Virus record (IMG/VR): IMGVR_UViG_3300005680_000003
Coordinates: 1 to 64,000 of that record
Length of the DNA stretch: 64,000 bases
Source of the DNA: an uncultured virus (IMG/VR IMGVR_UViG_3300005680_000003)
Taxonomy: Duplodnaviria; Heunggongvirae; Uroviricota; Caudoviricetes
Direction: 5' to 3' (one strand)
Each line of letters begins with the position of its first letter. The first letter of the stretch is position 1. Made by a program: the position numbers and the translations under genes. Under the pieces are notes generated by a model. That model was not told the origin of the DNA. It ran no database searches and worked only from the letters and a program-made list of their open reading frames with translations. Shown here piece by piece: positions 54,723 through 63,864 of this stretch.

Positions 54723-56368
54723 CAGCGGTCACCCTTCTTGAGGTGCCCGTAGACGGCGAGGTACGCCTCGGGCTCCTTGGTGGTGGCGCCCGGGTCGGCG
54801 TGGCCGGCCGGGTGGGTCGGGAACGCGGACCCTGCGCGGATGTCGGCGAGGACCGACGTGGTGACGTCGGGGGCGGCGTCGTACCGCTGCTCCCACGTGC
54901 CACGGTCCGCCGGAGTGATCTTGCCGTCGGCGATCGCCGAGTCGAGCACGCTCGCACGGACCGTGGCAGCTTCCTTCGCCTTGATCTTCGCGAGTTCGGT
55001 GGTCGCGGCCTGCAGCTCCGGGCCGTAGGCGGCGCGGATCCGGTCCTCGGCCCGCTTCACCGCGGCAGCGACCAGCTCCTGCACGTCGGCTGGTGCGGCC
55101 GGGTCGTCCTCGACGGGGGGTTCGGGTGCGGCGTCGTCGGGTGCGGCGTCGTCGGCCTTCTCCCCGTCGTCGTCGCTGTCGGCCGGGTTGTCACCGGCGT
55201 CGGTGGGAGCCTTGAGCGCCGCTTCGAGGGCTGCCAGGGCGGCGTCCTCGTCGGCGTCGGCCGGCAGTCCCAGCGCCTGCGCGAGGCGGGTGGGGAGCGA
55301 AGCCAATGCGTCCTCCGGGTTCGTGGTGTCCACGCCCCCGGCTCCCCGCACCGATGGTAGCGGGTCAGGGTTGACGTGCCGTGCAGTCTGACTGGACGTG
55401 TCGGGCGCGTCGATGGTAGCGGTGCCCGGGCCGGTGCCCCCCATGGATGCTGCCTTCCTCGCCGGGACCGGTTCCCAGGTCGGGCGGACCTGCACGGGGT
55501 CCCCGAAGGTGAACTCGCCGTCCGCTTCGGTCCACGTCGACTGCCAGTACGTCGTCTCGTCGTCGTCGTCGTAGTTGGCGCCGATCACGGTGTCGGTGAA
55601 CACGTCCCGGCAGTAGGTCCACGACCCGAGGTCTGGCTGCTCGGCGGCCCACCGTTCGTATGCAGACATCAGCTCGTTGATCGACGCTGACGCCTTCACG
55701 CCGCGTGCGGTGGCGGCCTCGACGGTCAGGGCGCGGGACGCGGCGAGCCGGACCGGGTCAGGGGCGGTGTGCCGGCGCGGCGGGGTCGGGTCCCCGACGG
55801 TCGTGGTCGGGACCGGCAAGGTGGTGGTGGTGGTGATCGGCACGGGGGCCTCCATGGGGAAGGCGGCAGCGATCCTTCGTGCCGCGACGTAGGACCCCAC
55901 GTCGGTGGGGACCTTGAACAGTTCCGCGATGTCCTCGAGGGACTCGATCGCCGGTGCGGTCACCCCGAGCAGGGAAACCGCTGTGACCGCCATTTCGTAG
56001 GTCACGCCGGTCACGGGGGACTGCACCCCGAGCCAGCACTCCACGGACCGGGACGGGTACGCAGACGCCATGACGTCGGCGAGCCACGTCGGCACGCCGA
56101 ACCAGTCGGACAGCAGGGTCTGCCGGTTACCGGACAACCGCAGGTTCCGGATGTGCCCGATCGCGGGTTCCCCGTCATGGTCTGGGTCGTTGAACCGGGG
56201 GTCCGTGTGCCCGATCTTGAGGACGGCCGCCCGGAATGCCGGATCACGTTGAGCCGCAACGGCATCCGCGAGCTGCGACTCGGTGCATTCCCAGGGTCCG
56301 GTCGATGTCTGCCAGGACCCGACCTTGGCGATAGGTACCGCCATGAGGTCAGTGGTCGCCGCGCCCAT
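54722..56368 (-). CDS. Capsid maturation protease-scaffold fusion
   Basis: K.GH.DPRF...DGEPAIG...NL, AYPSRSVE, V.LLGVTAPAI; C-terminal AI.DGKITPA.R..W scaffold. Confidence 0.82.
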   Translation of the reverse strand: MGAATTDLMAVPIAKVGSWQTSTGPWECTESQLADAVAAQRDPAFRAAVLKIGHTDPRFNDPDHDGEPAIGHIRNLRLSGNRQTLLSDWFGVPTWLADVMASAYPSRSVECWLGVQSPVTGVTYEMAVTAVSLLGVTAPAIESLEDIAELFKVPTDVGSYVAARRIAAAFPMEAPVPITTTTTLPVPTTTVGDPTPPRRHTAPDPVRLAASRALTVEAATARGVKASASINELMSAYERWAAEQPDLGSWTYCRDVFTDTVIGANYDDDDETTYWQSTWTEADGEFTFGDPVQVRPTWEPVPARKAASMGGTGPGTATIDAPDTSSQTARHVNPDPLPSVRGAGGVDTTNPEDALASLPTRLAQALGLPADADEDAALAALEAALKAPTDAGDNPADSDDDGEKADDAAPDDAAPEPPVEDDPAAPADVQELVAAAVKRAEDRIRAAYGPELQAATTELAKIKAKEAATVRASVLDSAIADGKITPADRGTWEQRYDAAPDVTTSVLADIRAGSAFPTHPAGHADPGATTKEPEAYLAVYGHLKKGDR

Positions 56369-56589
56369 CAGGTCGTCCGCTGGTGGGCTGCGGCGCGGTG
56401 GGCGTCGACCACGGTCCGGGCGTGGCGGAGCAGGTCGCGGCGTCCGGCGAGGTACCCGGGGACGTGGACCAGGACCTCCCCACAGTCCGGGCACACCCCG
56501 GGGGACGCGTCGGTGGTGGGGTGCACGACCGGGGCTCGCGCGGCGACGGTGACGTCGTCCAACGCCATGGTCGACGGGTCCTGACTCAT
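56368..56589 (-). CDS. Small hypothetical protein
   Basis: GAGGAG RBS, ATG at 56589; CPDCG. Confidence 0.55.
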   Translation of the reverse strand: MSQDPSTMALDDVTVAARAPVVHPTTDASPGVCPDCGEVLVHVPGYLAGRRDLLRHARTVVDAHRAAAHQRTT

Positions 56590-56790
56590 CGTGGCTCCTC
56601 TCCCGGTCCGCCCGGTTGTGTCTCGTCGATCCACACCAGGCGGGTCGCGCCTGAATGGCCGTGCACCGTCAGGACGTCCTCGAGGGAGTCCCACACGCAG
56701 GTCTGCGCCGGGCCCCGCAGCGGCGGCAACCACCCCGATCCCAGACACCCCGGTCAGGTCGACGTCCCGTACGAGCGTGAACCGGCGCAT
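56586..56790 (-). pseudogene. Conserved small actinophage gene broken by an internal deletion/frameshift
   Basis: One frame reads MRRFTLVRDVDLTGVSGIGVVA; another continues VWDSLEDVLTVHGHSGATRLVW to TGA at 56586; span of 205 nt is not a multiple of 3. Confidence 0.6.
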
Positions 56791-58931
56791 CACAGCGCCG
56801 CCTCCTTCGGAACGAGGACCAGGACGCCACGGCACCGTTCCCGGCCCAGGCACAGGGCGTACCCACCGGTCGGGTAGTCGTGCGTCGCCGCTTCGACGTC
56901 GTCGTACACGAACCCATCGACGTCCAGGCACGCCGCGCATGTGCTTCCGTCGCGAACCTCGGACGCCATCAGCGTCCAACCGGTGCCGGCGGAGGCGAAC
57001 ACGTCGCGTCGGCCGGCGTTGATTCCGTCCGCGACGGCGCCGCCGAGGACGTCCTGGGGGTACACCCCGGACAGGGCCTCGAGGTGGGTGCGGACCCGGA
57101 CCGCTGCGTCGGCGAGGCCTGTGCCGTCAGCGGAGACGACACGGACCGCTTCACGCTGTGCAGCGTTCACCATGCCGGACGCGAGGACGGCGGCGACAGC
57201 TGCAGCGACGGCCTCCCATGACGGTTCGTCGTTGGGACGGGACACCCCGGCCCCGGACGTCGCGGCCTCGTTCACGGCGGTCGTCGCGCCGGCCGACCAG
57301 GCGTCCTGCAGGGCGGCCTCGACCAGGGCTGTCGCGTCGCCCGGTTCGAGGGTGAGCGCGGCGAGGGACTCGACCCCGGCGGCGTCCTCGACCTGCGTGA
57401 TGATCTCGTCGATCCACGCCTGGTTGACCTCGGGCCACTGGTCGAGTAGTTCGGTCATGACCTGGGAGTGGGCGTCGTCGATCGCTTCCGGGTCGAGGCC
57501 GCCGGCCTCCTCGGCGTCGGTCAGTTTCCGCCGGTAGGTGCGGTCCGCGGCGGCGACCCGGCGGGGGTGGGTGTGCCGCCGCGCGGTGACCGGCCGGGAC
57601 GTCCCGTCGTCGCCGTCCCGACCCTCGTCCTGGGACGGGCCCTCTGGGACATCCTGGTCGGGCAGTCCCATCGTGTCCCGGATCCACGCCTGCAGGGCTG
57701 CGTCCGCGGTGAGGGCACCCTGCTGCACGAGGTCCCCGACGAGGGCGACGACCTGGGTCTGGGCGACCGTGCACACCACCGCCGGGGCTGACGCGTCGGG
57801 GCCTTCGTTGAAGTCGGTCAACGCGACGGACAGGCCCGTCGCTGTCTCCGCGAGGCGCCGCGCGAACCCGTCGACGGCGTCAGTGAGGAGGTCCGCGAAC
57901 ACCGACCCGAGGGCACGGTTTCCCTGCCCGGTGTTACCGAGGTCGAGGAACGACGTCAGCGCGCCCCGCGCGATCTGCTGATCCAGCCACGCCAGGTAGT
58001 CCTCCGGCGTGTGCAGGGTGCCCTGCGCGCCAACCAACTCGACCTTGAAGCCGTGAGGGACCATGCCGGCGGACTCCCCTACCCGCCACGCGGCGGCCGC
58101 GGCCCGAGCAGCGGCCCACTGCGTCTCGGTAGGGGTGAACCCGGGCAGCGGCGACAACACCGGCACCGGCGTCGAGTACCGGCGGTAACCGGTGCCCGCG
58201 ACACGCATCATGTCCTGCTTGATCAGCCACGGCCCGAACGCATGCCGGAGCATGGACCGGCCCTGCCACGCGGCGCCTTCGCGGCCTTGCACGTACCACA
58301 GGAGCCGGTCAGCGGGGATCGGGTCCTCATCCCATGAGGTCGCCTTCTGGCGGATCCCAGCCAGGGCCCCGGCGCGGGTCGTCAGGATCTGGCTGATCGA
58401 TGTCGGGAGTCGTTCGCCGAGGCCGGCCAGGTACGCGGCGCCGTCCGCGCGGACCTCGTACCAGGGTTCGAACGGGGCGTGCCCGTACACCAACTGCAGG
58501 GTGGCGGCGAGGGTGATGTGGTCGACCCAGTGGACGCCGCGGCGCCGGACCGGGCCAGGGTCATTCGCTCCGAGGACCGGCACCCCGAGGGAGTCGGACA
58601 CGATCCGCACGATCCGCTCCGATGCGCCCCGTGGGTCGACCCGCCAGTCGCCCTTAACGACCGGCGACACGTAGGCCGCGATCATCGACGTGATCGTCGG
58701 GTCGTTGCGCATCTTGGAGTAGGTGTCGATCGAGGACGGGTACATCAGGTCCAGGACGGACTCGAGCATCTGGTCGACACTGTGCCGACCGTCGTCCGCT
58801 GACCCACTGGACGTGCCGGGGAAGAACGAGAGGGTGCCGCCGCTGCGGGCCACACCGACGGGTTCGTTCGGTGCATCGGTTGCCGCTGCGCGGACCGCGA
58901 GAGGACGGTTCCGGGGCCGGTTCCGGGCCAC
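56790..58931 (-). CDS. Portal protein fused to a MuF-like minor head domain
   Basis: Y.KMR.DP, YG.APFE, EG..W.GRSMLR.AFGPW..K, G.RALG..F; C-terminal SEV.D..TC..C..VDG...GGY..CLGR.RCRG. Confidence 0.88.
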   Translation of the reverse strand: MARNRPRNRPLAVRAAATDAPNEPVGVARSGGTLSFFPGTSSGSADDGRHSVDQMLESVLDLMYPSSIDTYSKMRNDPTITSMIAAYVSPVVKGDWRVDPRGASERIVRIVSDSLGVPVLGANDPGPVRRRGVHWVDHITLAATLQLVYGHAPFEPWYEVRADGAAYLAGLGERLPTSISQILTTRAGALAGIRQKATSWDEDPIPADRLLWYVQGREGAAWQGRSMLRHAFGPWLIKQDMMRVAGTGYRRYSTPVPVLSPLPGFTPTETQWAAARAAAAAWRVGESAGMVPHGFKVELVGAQGTLHTPEDYLAWLDQQIARGALTSFLDLGNTGQGNRALGSVFADLLTDAVDGFARRLAETATGLSVALTDFNEGPDASAPAVVCTVAQTQVVALVGDLVQQGALTADAALQAWIRDTMGLPDQDVPEGPSQDEGRDGDDGTSRPVTARRHTHPRRVAAADRTYRRKLTDAEEAGGLDPEAIDDAHSQVMTELLDQWPEVNQAWIDEIITQVEDAAGVESLAALTLEPGDATALVEAALQDAWSAGATTAVNEAATSGAGVSRPNDEPSWEAVAAAVAAVLASGMVNAAQREAVRVVSADGTGLADAAVRVRTHLEALSGVYPQDVLGGAVADGINAGRRDVFASAGTGWTLMASEVRDGSTCAACLDVDGFVYDDVEAATHDYPTGGYALCLGRERCRGVLVLVPKEAAL

Positions 58932-59098
58932 GTGCGGGGTCGCCTCACTCCCGGGTCACGTCCACGCTGTGCCCCGGCCCCCGCGCTTATGGTGCCAGAC
59001 CCTGCGCCGGGGCCCATGAACCCGCACGGGGTGTCCGCCCCCCATGGCAGCATCACGTCGAGTAGTAGTCCCACAACCCAGGCCAAGGGGGGCCAGCC

Positions 59099-59545
59099 AT
59101 GAGAATTCGCCCAGTGTTCCTGCTGTCCGCGGTGCTCGTCACCGCAGGATGCTCGAGTGCGCCGGTGTCGGTCGACCCGGCTGTCGACCCCGCGAGCCAG
59201 TCGGCGTCGACGCCCGCCGCACCGTCGTCTGCGCCCGCCGACCCGTCCCCCACTCAGGAGGTGACGGGGAAGCTGACGAAGTGTGGGACCGCTGAGTTCG
59301 GGGGGATGGCGCAGGCCAGGGGCACCGTCACGAACACCACCACGACCGTGCGGGACGTCAACATCCGCTTCGAGATCGTCGACTCGACGGGCAACCGGAT
59401 CGACGACGGCGGCGGCCTGGTCTCCAATCTCCGCGGGAAGCAGACCGCGAACTGGGACGGGGTCACTCTGACCGAGGCGAAGACCTACCCGAAGGGGTGG
59501 AAGTGTCGGCTGCTGACCGTGGAGTCCTGGCCGTCACAGCAGTAA
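59099..59545 (+). CDS. Lipoprotein with FxLYD-like Ig domain (moron)
   Basis: Signal peptide and lipobox LVTAG-C, Ser/Pro linker, G.VTN.T...V.I.F...D..G.RI.......NL.G.QTA.W. Confidence 0.8.
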   Translation: MRIRPVFLLSAVLVTAGCSSAPVSVDPAVDPASQSASTPAAPSSAPADPSPTQEVTGKLTKCGTAEFGGMAQARGTVTNTTTTVRDVNIRFEIVDSTGNRIDDGGGLVSNLRGKQTANWDGVTLTEAKTYPKGWKCRLLTVESWPSQQ

Positions 59546-59549
59546 GAGG

Positions 59550-59563
59550 GGGCCTACGGGCCC
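59550..59563. terminator. Small C(UACG)G tetraloop hairpin between convergent genes
   Basis: GGGCC-TACG-GGCCC immediately after the lipoprotein stop. Confidence 0.45.
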
Positions 59564-59568
59564 TGCGT

Positions 59569-60015
59569 TCACTGCTTGGTCTTCCTGGCTTCCTCCCGGA
59601 GTGTCGCAGTGTGGCGGTTGGTGCAACACAACGACCGAACCGGCGCAGGACACCCCCGCAGACACACCCGACATCCCGCGCAGCCCCGGCCGCCACCGAT
59701 CGCACACGCCAACGGTCGACACACGCAGCACGGCCGGTACTCGCCCCGTGCAGCCCTCGGATCGCCTGGATGATTCGTTACCCACCCGGCCATCGCCCGT
59801 AACATCTCGCCCGCCAGGGCCCAGGTCTCACCAGTCGACGGCGGGTTCACCCCCGCTGCCCGCGCAACAGCCGCCAGGTCACCCGACGGCGCCCACGCGA
59901 GGTCAACGCTCGTGATTCCACGCGCCCAGCACCACGCGGCCAACGTCTTCGCCTTCACCTTCCTCGCCGCATCCGCGGTCGGGGTGTGCGCCCAATCGAC
60001 CGAGTCCCCAGTCAC
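59569..60015 (-). CDS. Hypothetical protein
   Basis: D.AHT..A..AR..KA..LA.W.W.RGI...ARAAGVNPPST.ETW. Confidence 0.65.
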   Translation of the reverse strand: MTGDSVDWAHTPTADAARKVKAKTLAAWCWARGITSVDLAWAPSGDLAAVARAAGVNPPSTGETWALAGEMLRAMAGWVTNHPGDPRAARGEYRPCCVCRPLACAIGGGRGCAGCRVCLRGCPAPVRSLCCTNRHTATLREEARKTKQ

Positions 60016-60057
60016 ACAGCCAGTATAGTTGTCCCGGACACGGCGACTGGTCTGGCT

Positions 60058-62628
60058 TTACAGCTGTACCTGGTCGTAGTCGAGGGGGACACCGAACGCA
60101 CCCCCATAGGGGTCGGCCGGCCTCGCCGGTTCTACTGCCCCGCCCCCCCCTGACGGCGGCACGTACCGTTGGAACCTCACGAGCTCGGCGTAGGACAAGG
60201 TGTCGACACAGTCGTCGTACCGGCCGTGCGGGAAGGCCCCCATCTCCTCCCGGAACACGTCGAGGTGTTGGTGTTGCGCCGGGAACCACACCCGTCGCTG
60301 CGCGACCATCCGCTCAGCGGGGACAGCCCGGACCTGCTTGTCCTGGTCAGCCTTGAGGTCATCGACGGTGAGGCCGTTCGCGGCGAGGTCCCGCACGAGG
60401 TGCGTCGACTTCATCGACGGCTCGACGTAGGTGCAGTCCGGGATCCACTGCTCGGTCAGCGGCCGGGCGAGGTCGAACTGCTTGTGCGGCGGGACCCGGT
60501 CCCGGGCGACGTCGAGCAGGACCAGCATCCCGTCTGGTGTCGCGGCCCACGCCGAGACGACCGTCCAGTCAGCTGACTGCTTCGTCGAGATCGCGGTGTC
60601 AACGGTGAGGAACCGGTAGCAGTCGGCCAGCTTCCAGATCCTCGGGCCCATCACCAGGCCCGTGCCGTCCGCAGTGAGGTGCCAGTACCGCAGTTTGTCG
60701 ACCTCGAACGCCTCCCCGCCCGGTCTCGCTGGCAGGCCCTGCGCGAGAGGCATCCACCCCTCGCCCATCTCCCGTTTCCGGCTCTGCCAGTCCTCGAGGG
60801 TCCTGCCCCGCGCCGACACCATGAACTCCCCCGGCTCACGGCCGAGCGGGTCAGGGTCGACGACGTCCGGGTCGGCCTGCGCGGGGATGTGCACGACCCG
60901 CCACTGGCCGGCTTCTCGGATCAGGAGCCGGCCGACCAGGTCGTCCCAATGCCACCGGGTCATGACGACGACCGCGGGCGCACCGGGCGACAGGCGAGGG
61001 ATCGCAGTCTCGGTGTAGAAGTCCCACACCCCGTCCCGCATCACCAGGGAGTCGGCCTGCTCGCGGTCCTTGACGGGGTCATCGATCCGCAGGTCATCGA
61101 CCGGCCGCCCGGTCAGGCCGGTGTGCACCCCCGCTGTGACCATGCCGCCGCCGTGGGCGGTTTCCCATTCGTCGGCCGCCGCGACGTCCGGTGCGACCGT
61201 GACCCCGAGGTTGGTCGACGCGCCCGGCCCGAACGCCTTGAGGTCGTCGCGGACCTTCCGACCCCACCGGCGAGCGAGGCGGTCACCGTAGGACGCGACC
61301 GCGATCCGCTTGCGCGGGTTACGGACCAGCGACCAGAGGGGCCCGTAGTGGGAGCAGAGTTCGGAGTTGTGGGTCGGGACCAGATCACGGCCTGCGAGGA
61401 ACGTCGAGTCCGGGGAGTCGACCGTGATGCACCGGGTCGGAACGGTCGGGACAGGCTCGACGGTCTTGACCCCGATCCGCTCTCGGACCTTGCGGGCACT
61501 CGGGACGGCGTACAGCCTGTCCAGTTTCCGAGTCAGCCGGAACACGGGGACGTCGGTGGTGAACTTGATCTTCCATGCCGGGCCGCAGTCGCGACCTCGC
61601 AAGGTCGCGCGTCTCTCGATGCGGTAGCAGCGGATGCCGAGGCTGCGCACGAGGGTCATCACATCGTCGGCGAGCCGCCGGTTGGTGGTGGTGAACTCGC
61701 ACGCCGAGTACGCGGTGCCGTTGAAGTAGCACGATCCGTCGGTGTCCATCAAGCCCTGCAGCAGTGCTAGCCGCTGGTCGTATGAGCCACGGAGGTACCG
61801 GACAGGGATGTGCTTGTCGCCCAGTACACCGAGGTTCCTCAAGCGCGCCTGGAAGCGGGATGGGTCTCCGCGGCGACCCTTGACCGGGCCGGCCCAGGTC
61901 CACGAGTAGGGGCCATTGCTCGGTTGGCTCCGCAGCGGCCACCCCTCGGCATCGACCTGGTCGATGATCTCCTGGTCCGCGCAGGTGAACCCTGCGTCCG
62001 CTGTGTTGCCGTCGCCGAGCCAGGCCCCGATGACGTACGGGGGCAGTGGGAGGTCGTCCCGAGCCGGGAGATTGAGTGCAGGCTGCGTCGGGACGGAGTA
62101 CCTGCGCGGATCCCGCGCAAGCTCTCGGGTGTCCACGACGCGCCAGCACCGGCGTCCGCTTCCGCCGGCCGCTCGTTCCTCCGGGTCATATCCGTGTCGG
62201 TCCCAGACCCGCCACTTGTGGTCGCCATCCGCGGTCAGGGTTGACCCGTCCTGCAGGGTCACCCGGTAGCAGTCCAGGTGCCTGGTCGGGAACGCCGCGG
62301 TGACCCGGCAGGGGTGGCCGTCGCCGCCGAAGATGACCGCCCCCGCAGTGAGGTCACCCATCGTCGTCCACCCGTCCGGGGTCGCGACCGGGGTGTCCAG
62401 CGCGAGGCCCTTCCCTTCCTGAGGGCTCATGACGACGATCAGCCGCGCCGAGTGGGTGTTCTCCGCCCACACGAGGGCGTCGTTGATGAGCTCGAGGGCG
62501 GGGGTGCGGCGGAACGCGGGGTTCAGCGCGCAGGCCAGGTCCAGCGGGGAGGCCCACCTCGTCGCGGCGACCGGGGGGAGGCCGGCGCCGCGGTCGAACG
62601 CGGCGGCGAGGTCGGGGGCGAGGGTCAC
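60058..62628 (-). CDS. terL: Terminase large subunit containing an intein
   Basis: RLIVVMSPQEGK|S, ASY...LA.RWGR..RD, LTGRP.D...IDDPVKD..QADS, MTRWH.DDL.G, VDTA, FPHG.YDD.VD. Confidence 0.95.
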   Translation of the reverse strand: MTLAPDLAAAFDRGAGLPPVAATRWASPLDLACALNPAFRRTPALELINDALVWAENTHSARLIVVMSPQEGKGLALDTPVATPDGWTTMGDLTAGAVIFGGDGHPCRVTAAFPTRHLDCYRVTLQDGSTLTADGDHKWRVWDRHGYDPEERAAGGSGRRCWRVVDTRELARDPRRYSVPTQPALNLPARDDLPLPPYVIGAWLGDGNTADAGFTCADQEIIDQVDAEGWPLRSQPSNGPYSWTWAGPVKGRRGDPSRFQARLRNLGVLGDKHIPVRYLRGSYDQRLALLQGLMDTDGSCYFNGTAYSACEFTTTNRRLADDVMTLVRSLGIRCYRIERRATLRGRDCGPAWKIKFTTDVPVFRLTRKLDRLYAVPSARKVRERIGVKTVEPVPTVPTRCITVDSPDSTFLAGRDLVPTHNSELCSHYGPLWSLVRNPRKRIAVASYGDRLARRWGRKVRDDLKAFGPGASTNLGVTVAPDVAAADEWETAHGGGMVTAGVHTGLTGRPVDDLRIDDPVKDREQADSLVMRDGVWDFYTETAIPRLSPGAPAVVVMTRWHWDDLVGRLLIREAGQWRVVHIPAQADPDVVDPDPLGREPGEFMVSARGRTLEDWQSRKREMGEGWMPLAQGLPARPGGEAFEVDKLRYWHLTADGTGLVMGPRIWKLADCYRFLTVDTAISTKQSADWTVVSAWAATPDGMLVLLDVARDRVPPHKQFDLARPLTEQWIPDCTYVEPSMKSTHLVRDLAANGLTVDDLKADQDKQVRAVPAERMVAQRRVWFPAQHQHLDVFREEMGAFPHGRYDDCVDTLSYAELVRFQRYVPPSGGGGAVEPARPADPYGGAFGVPLDYDQVQL
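61366..62409 (-). mobile_element. Class 3 intein (348 aa) with LAGLIDADG homing endonuclease, inserted in the TerL Walker A motif
   Basis: Starts GLALDTPVATPDGW, ends VPTHN|S; W in block B (ADGDHKW), C in block F (TRCITVD), T in block G; YVIGAWLGDG and LQGLMDTDG. Confidence 0.9.
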
Positions 62629-63500
62629 ACCCAGATACGCGCCGCGGTGGCCTTCGCGATGGTCTCCCACCGGGCCGGGGCGTCGCCCTCCATGTGCCAC
62701 GCCATGACCGGGTCGGACGCCATGAACAGGCGGGCCGGGCGGAGCCTTGACAGGACGTTTGCGGCGTGGCCAGCGAGCTGCAGCGCGACGGTCCTGGTGA
62801 CCCCGAGACCGTCGACCTCCCACGGGAGACGCCCGTCCGGGTAGGGACGACGGCCGGTGACGACGTGCATGGACGCCCAGTCCCAGGCGGCGCCGACGAA
62901 CGGCAGGACGCGCAGGAGACGCCGGTCCCGGCGTAGCGCCGCGGCACGGACACCGAACGTGGAGGTCGTCGCGGTGCCGTGCACCCACCCCGGGCGGACC
63001 TGGGCGCGGTCGGGGTGCACCAGGTCCTGGGGGGAGTACAGGGAGAAGTAGTCGACGGCGGGGAACCGGTGGGCGCCGTCGAGCAGGTGCAACAGCGCGT
63101 CCGGGTGGTACAGGTAGTCGTCCTCGGCGAACCAGATCAGGTCGGTGTCCTCGACGTCAGGGTCTGAGGCGGCGAGAGCAACCGCGTGCCGGTAGCTGCC
63201 ACGGTTGGTGCCGTGCTCGGCGTGCACGATCCGGCCGGTGTCGCCCATCAGGTCCAGCACCCCTGACGAGAGGGCGCCGTCGTTGAGCCAGGTCGTGTGC
63301 ACGGGGATCCCGCGGTCGGTGGCCATGTCGACGGCGGTCAGGTAGGAGGTCAACGCCAGGTCCTTGGTGAACCACCGTGGCCGGGTCTTGGTCGATGACG
63401 CCCCGAGGGGGCACGAGCGGTAGACCACGCGGAGTGTGCGCGGCGCCTTGTCGAGGTGGCTGGGCATCCCCGACCCCTTCCCTGAGATCCGGACGGTCAC
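62625..63500 (-). CDS. GT-A fold (GT2-like) glycosyltransferase (possible start ATG at 63467)
   Basis: RP.WF.K...L.S, LNDG, IWFAEDDYLYHP.AL, TTSTFG, AWH; stop overlaps the terL GTG. Confidence 0.7.
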   Translation of the reverse strand: MTVRISGKGSGMPSHLDKAPRTLRVVYRSCPLGASSTKTRPRWFTKDLALTSYLTAVDMATDRGIPVHTTWLNDGALSSGVLDLMGDTGRIVHAEHGTNRGSYRHAVALAASDPDVEDTDLIWFAEDDYLYHPDALLHLLDGAHRFPAVDYFSLYSPQDLVHPDRAQVRPGWVHGTATTSTFGVRAAALRRDRRLLRVLPFVGAAWDWASMHVVTGRRPYPDGRLPWEVDGLGVTRTVALQLAGHAANVLSRLRPARLFMASDPVMAWHMEGDAPARWETIAKATAARIWV

Positions 63501-63591
63501 CGTCGAGTGTGAGTGGACGGAGCGTCGTCTCAGGATATTCGTGGCAGGGTGTCGGGGATGCCTGGCCTGGCGTGTGTGTTCGGCTGTGCTG

Positions 63592-63864
63592 CTACTCGCC
63601 GTCGAGTTTCGTGATCGCTGCCCGGACGGCGTTCGCCGTCACCCCGAGGATCTTCGCGGCCCGGTACGCGGTGACCCGCCGCGCCAGGTCAGGGTCGGTC
63701 GTGACCTTCCGCAGGAGGACCGCCCGGGCGCGGGTCGCGGCCCGGTAGGCGGCCTCGGCGTCCTCGACGGCGCCCTGGGCCTCGACGAGGGCCTGCTCGG
63801 CGGGGGTGAGCCGGGCGGGGTTTCCCGGTGCAGTGTGAGCGAGGGTGCCGGCGGCAGCTTTCAC
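63592..63864 (-). CDS. Small coiled-coil + HTH protein
   Basis: C-terminal VTAYRAAKILGVTANAVRAAI; paralog of 33834-34100. Confidence 0.65.
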   Translation of the reverse strand: MKAAAGTLAHTAPGNPARLTPAEQALVEAQGAVEDAEAAYRAATRARAVLLRKVTTDPDLARRVTAYRAAKILGVTANAVRAAITKLDGE

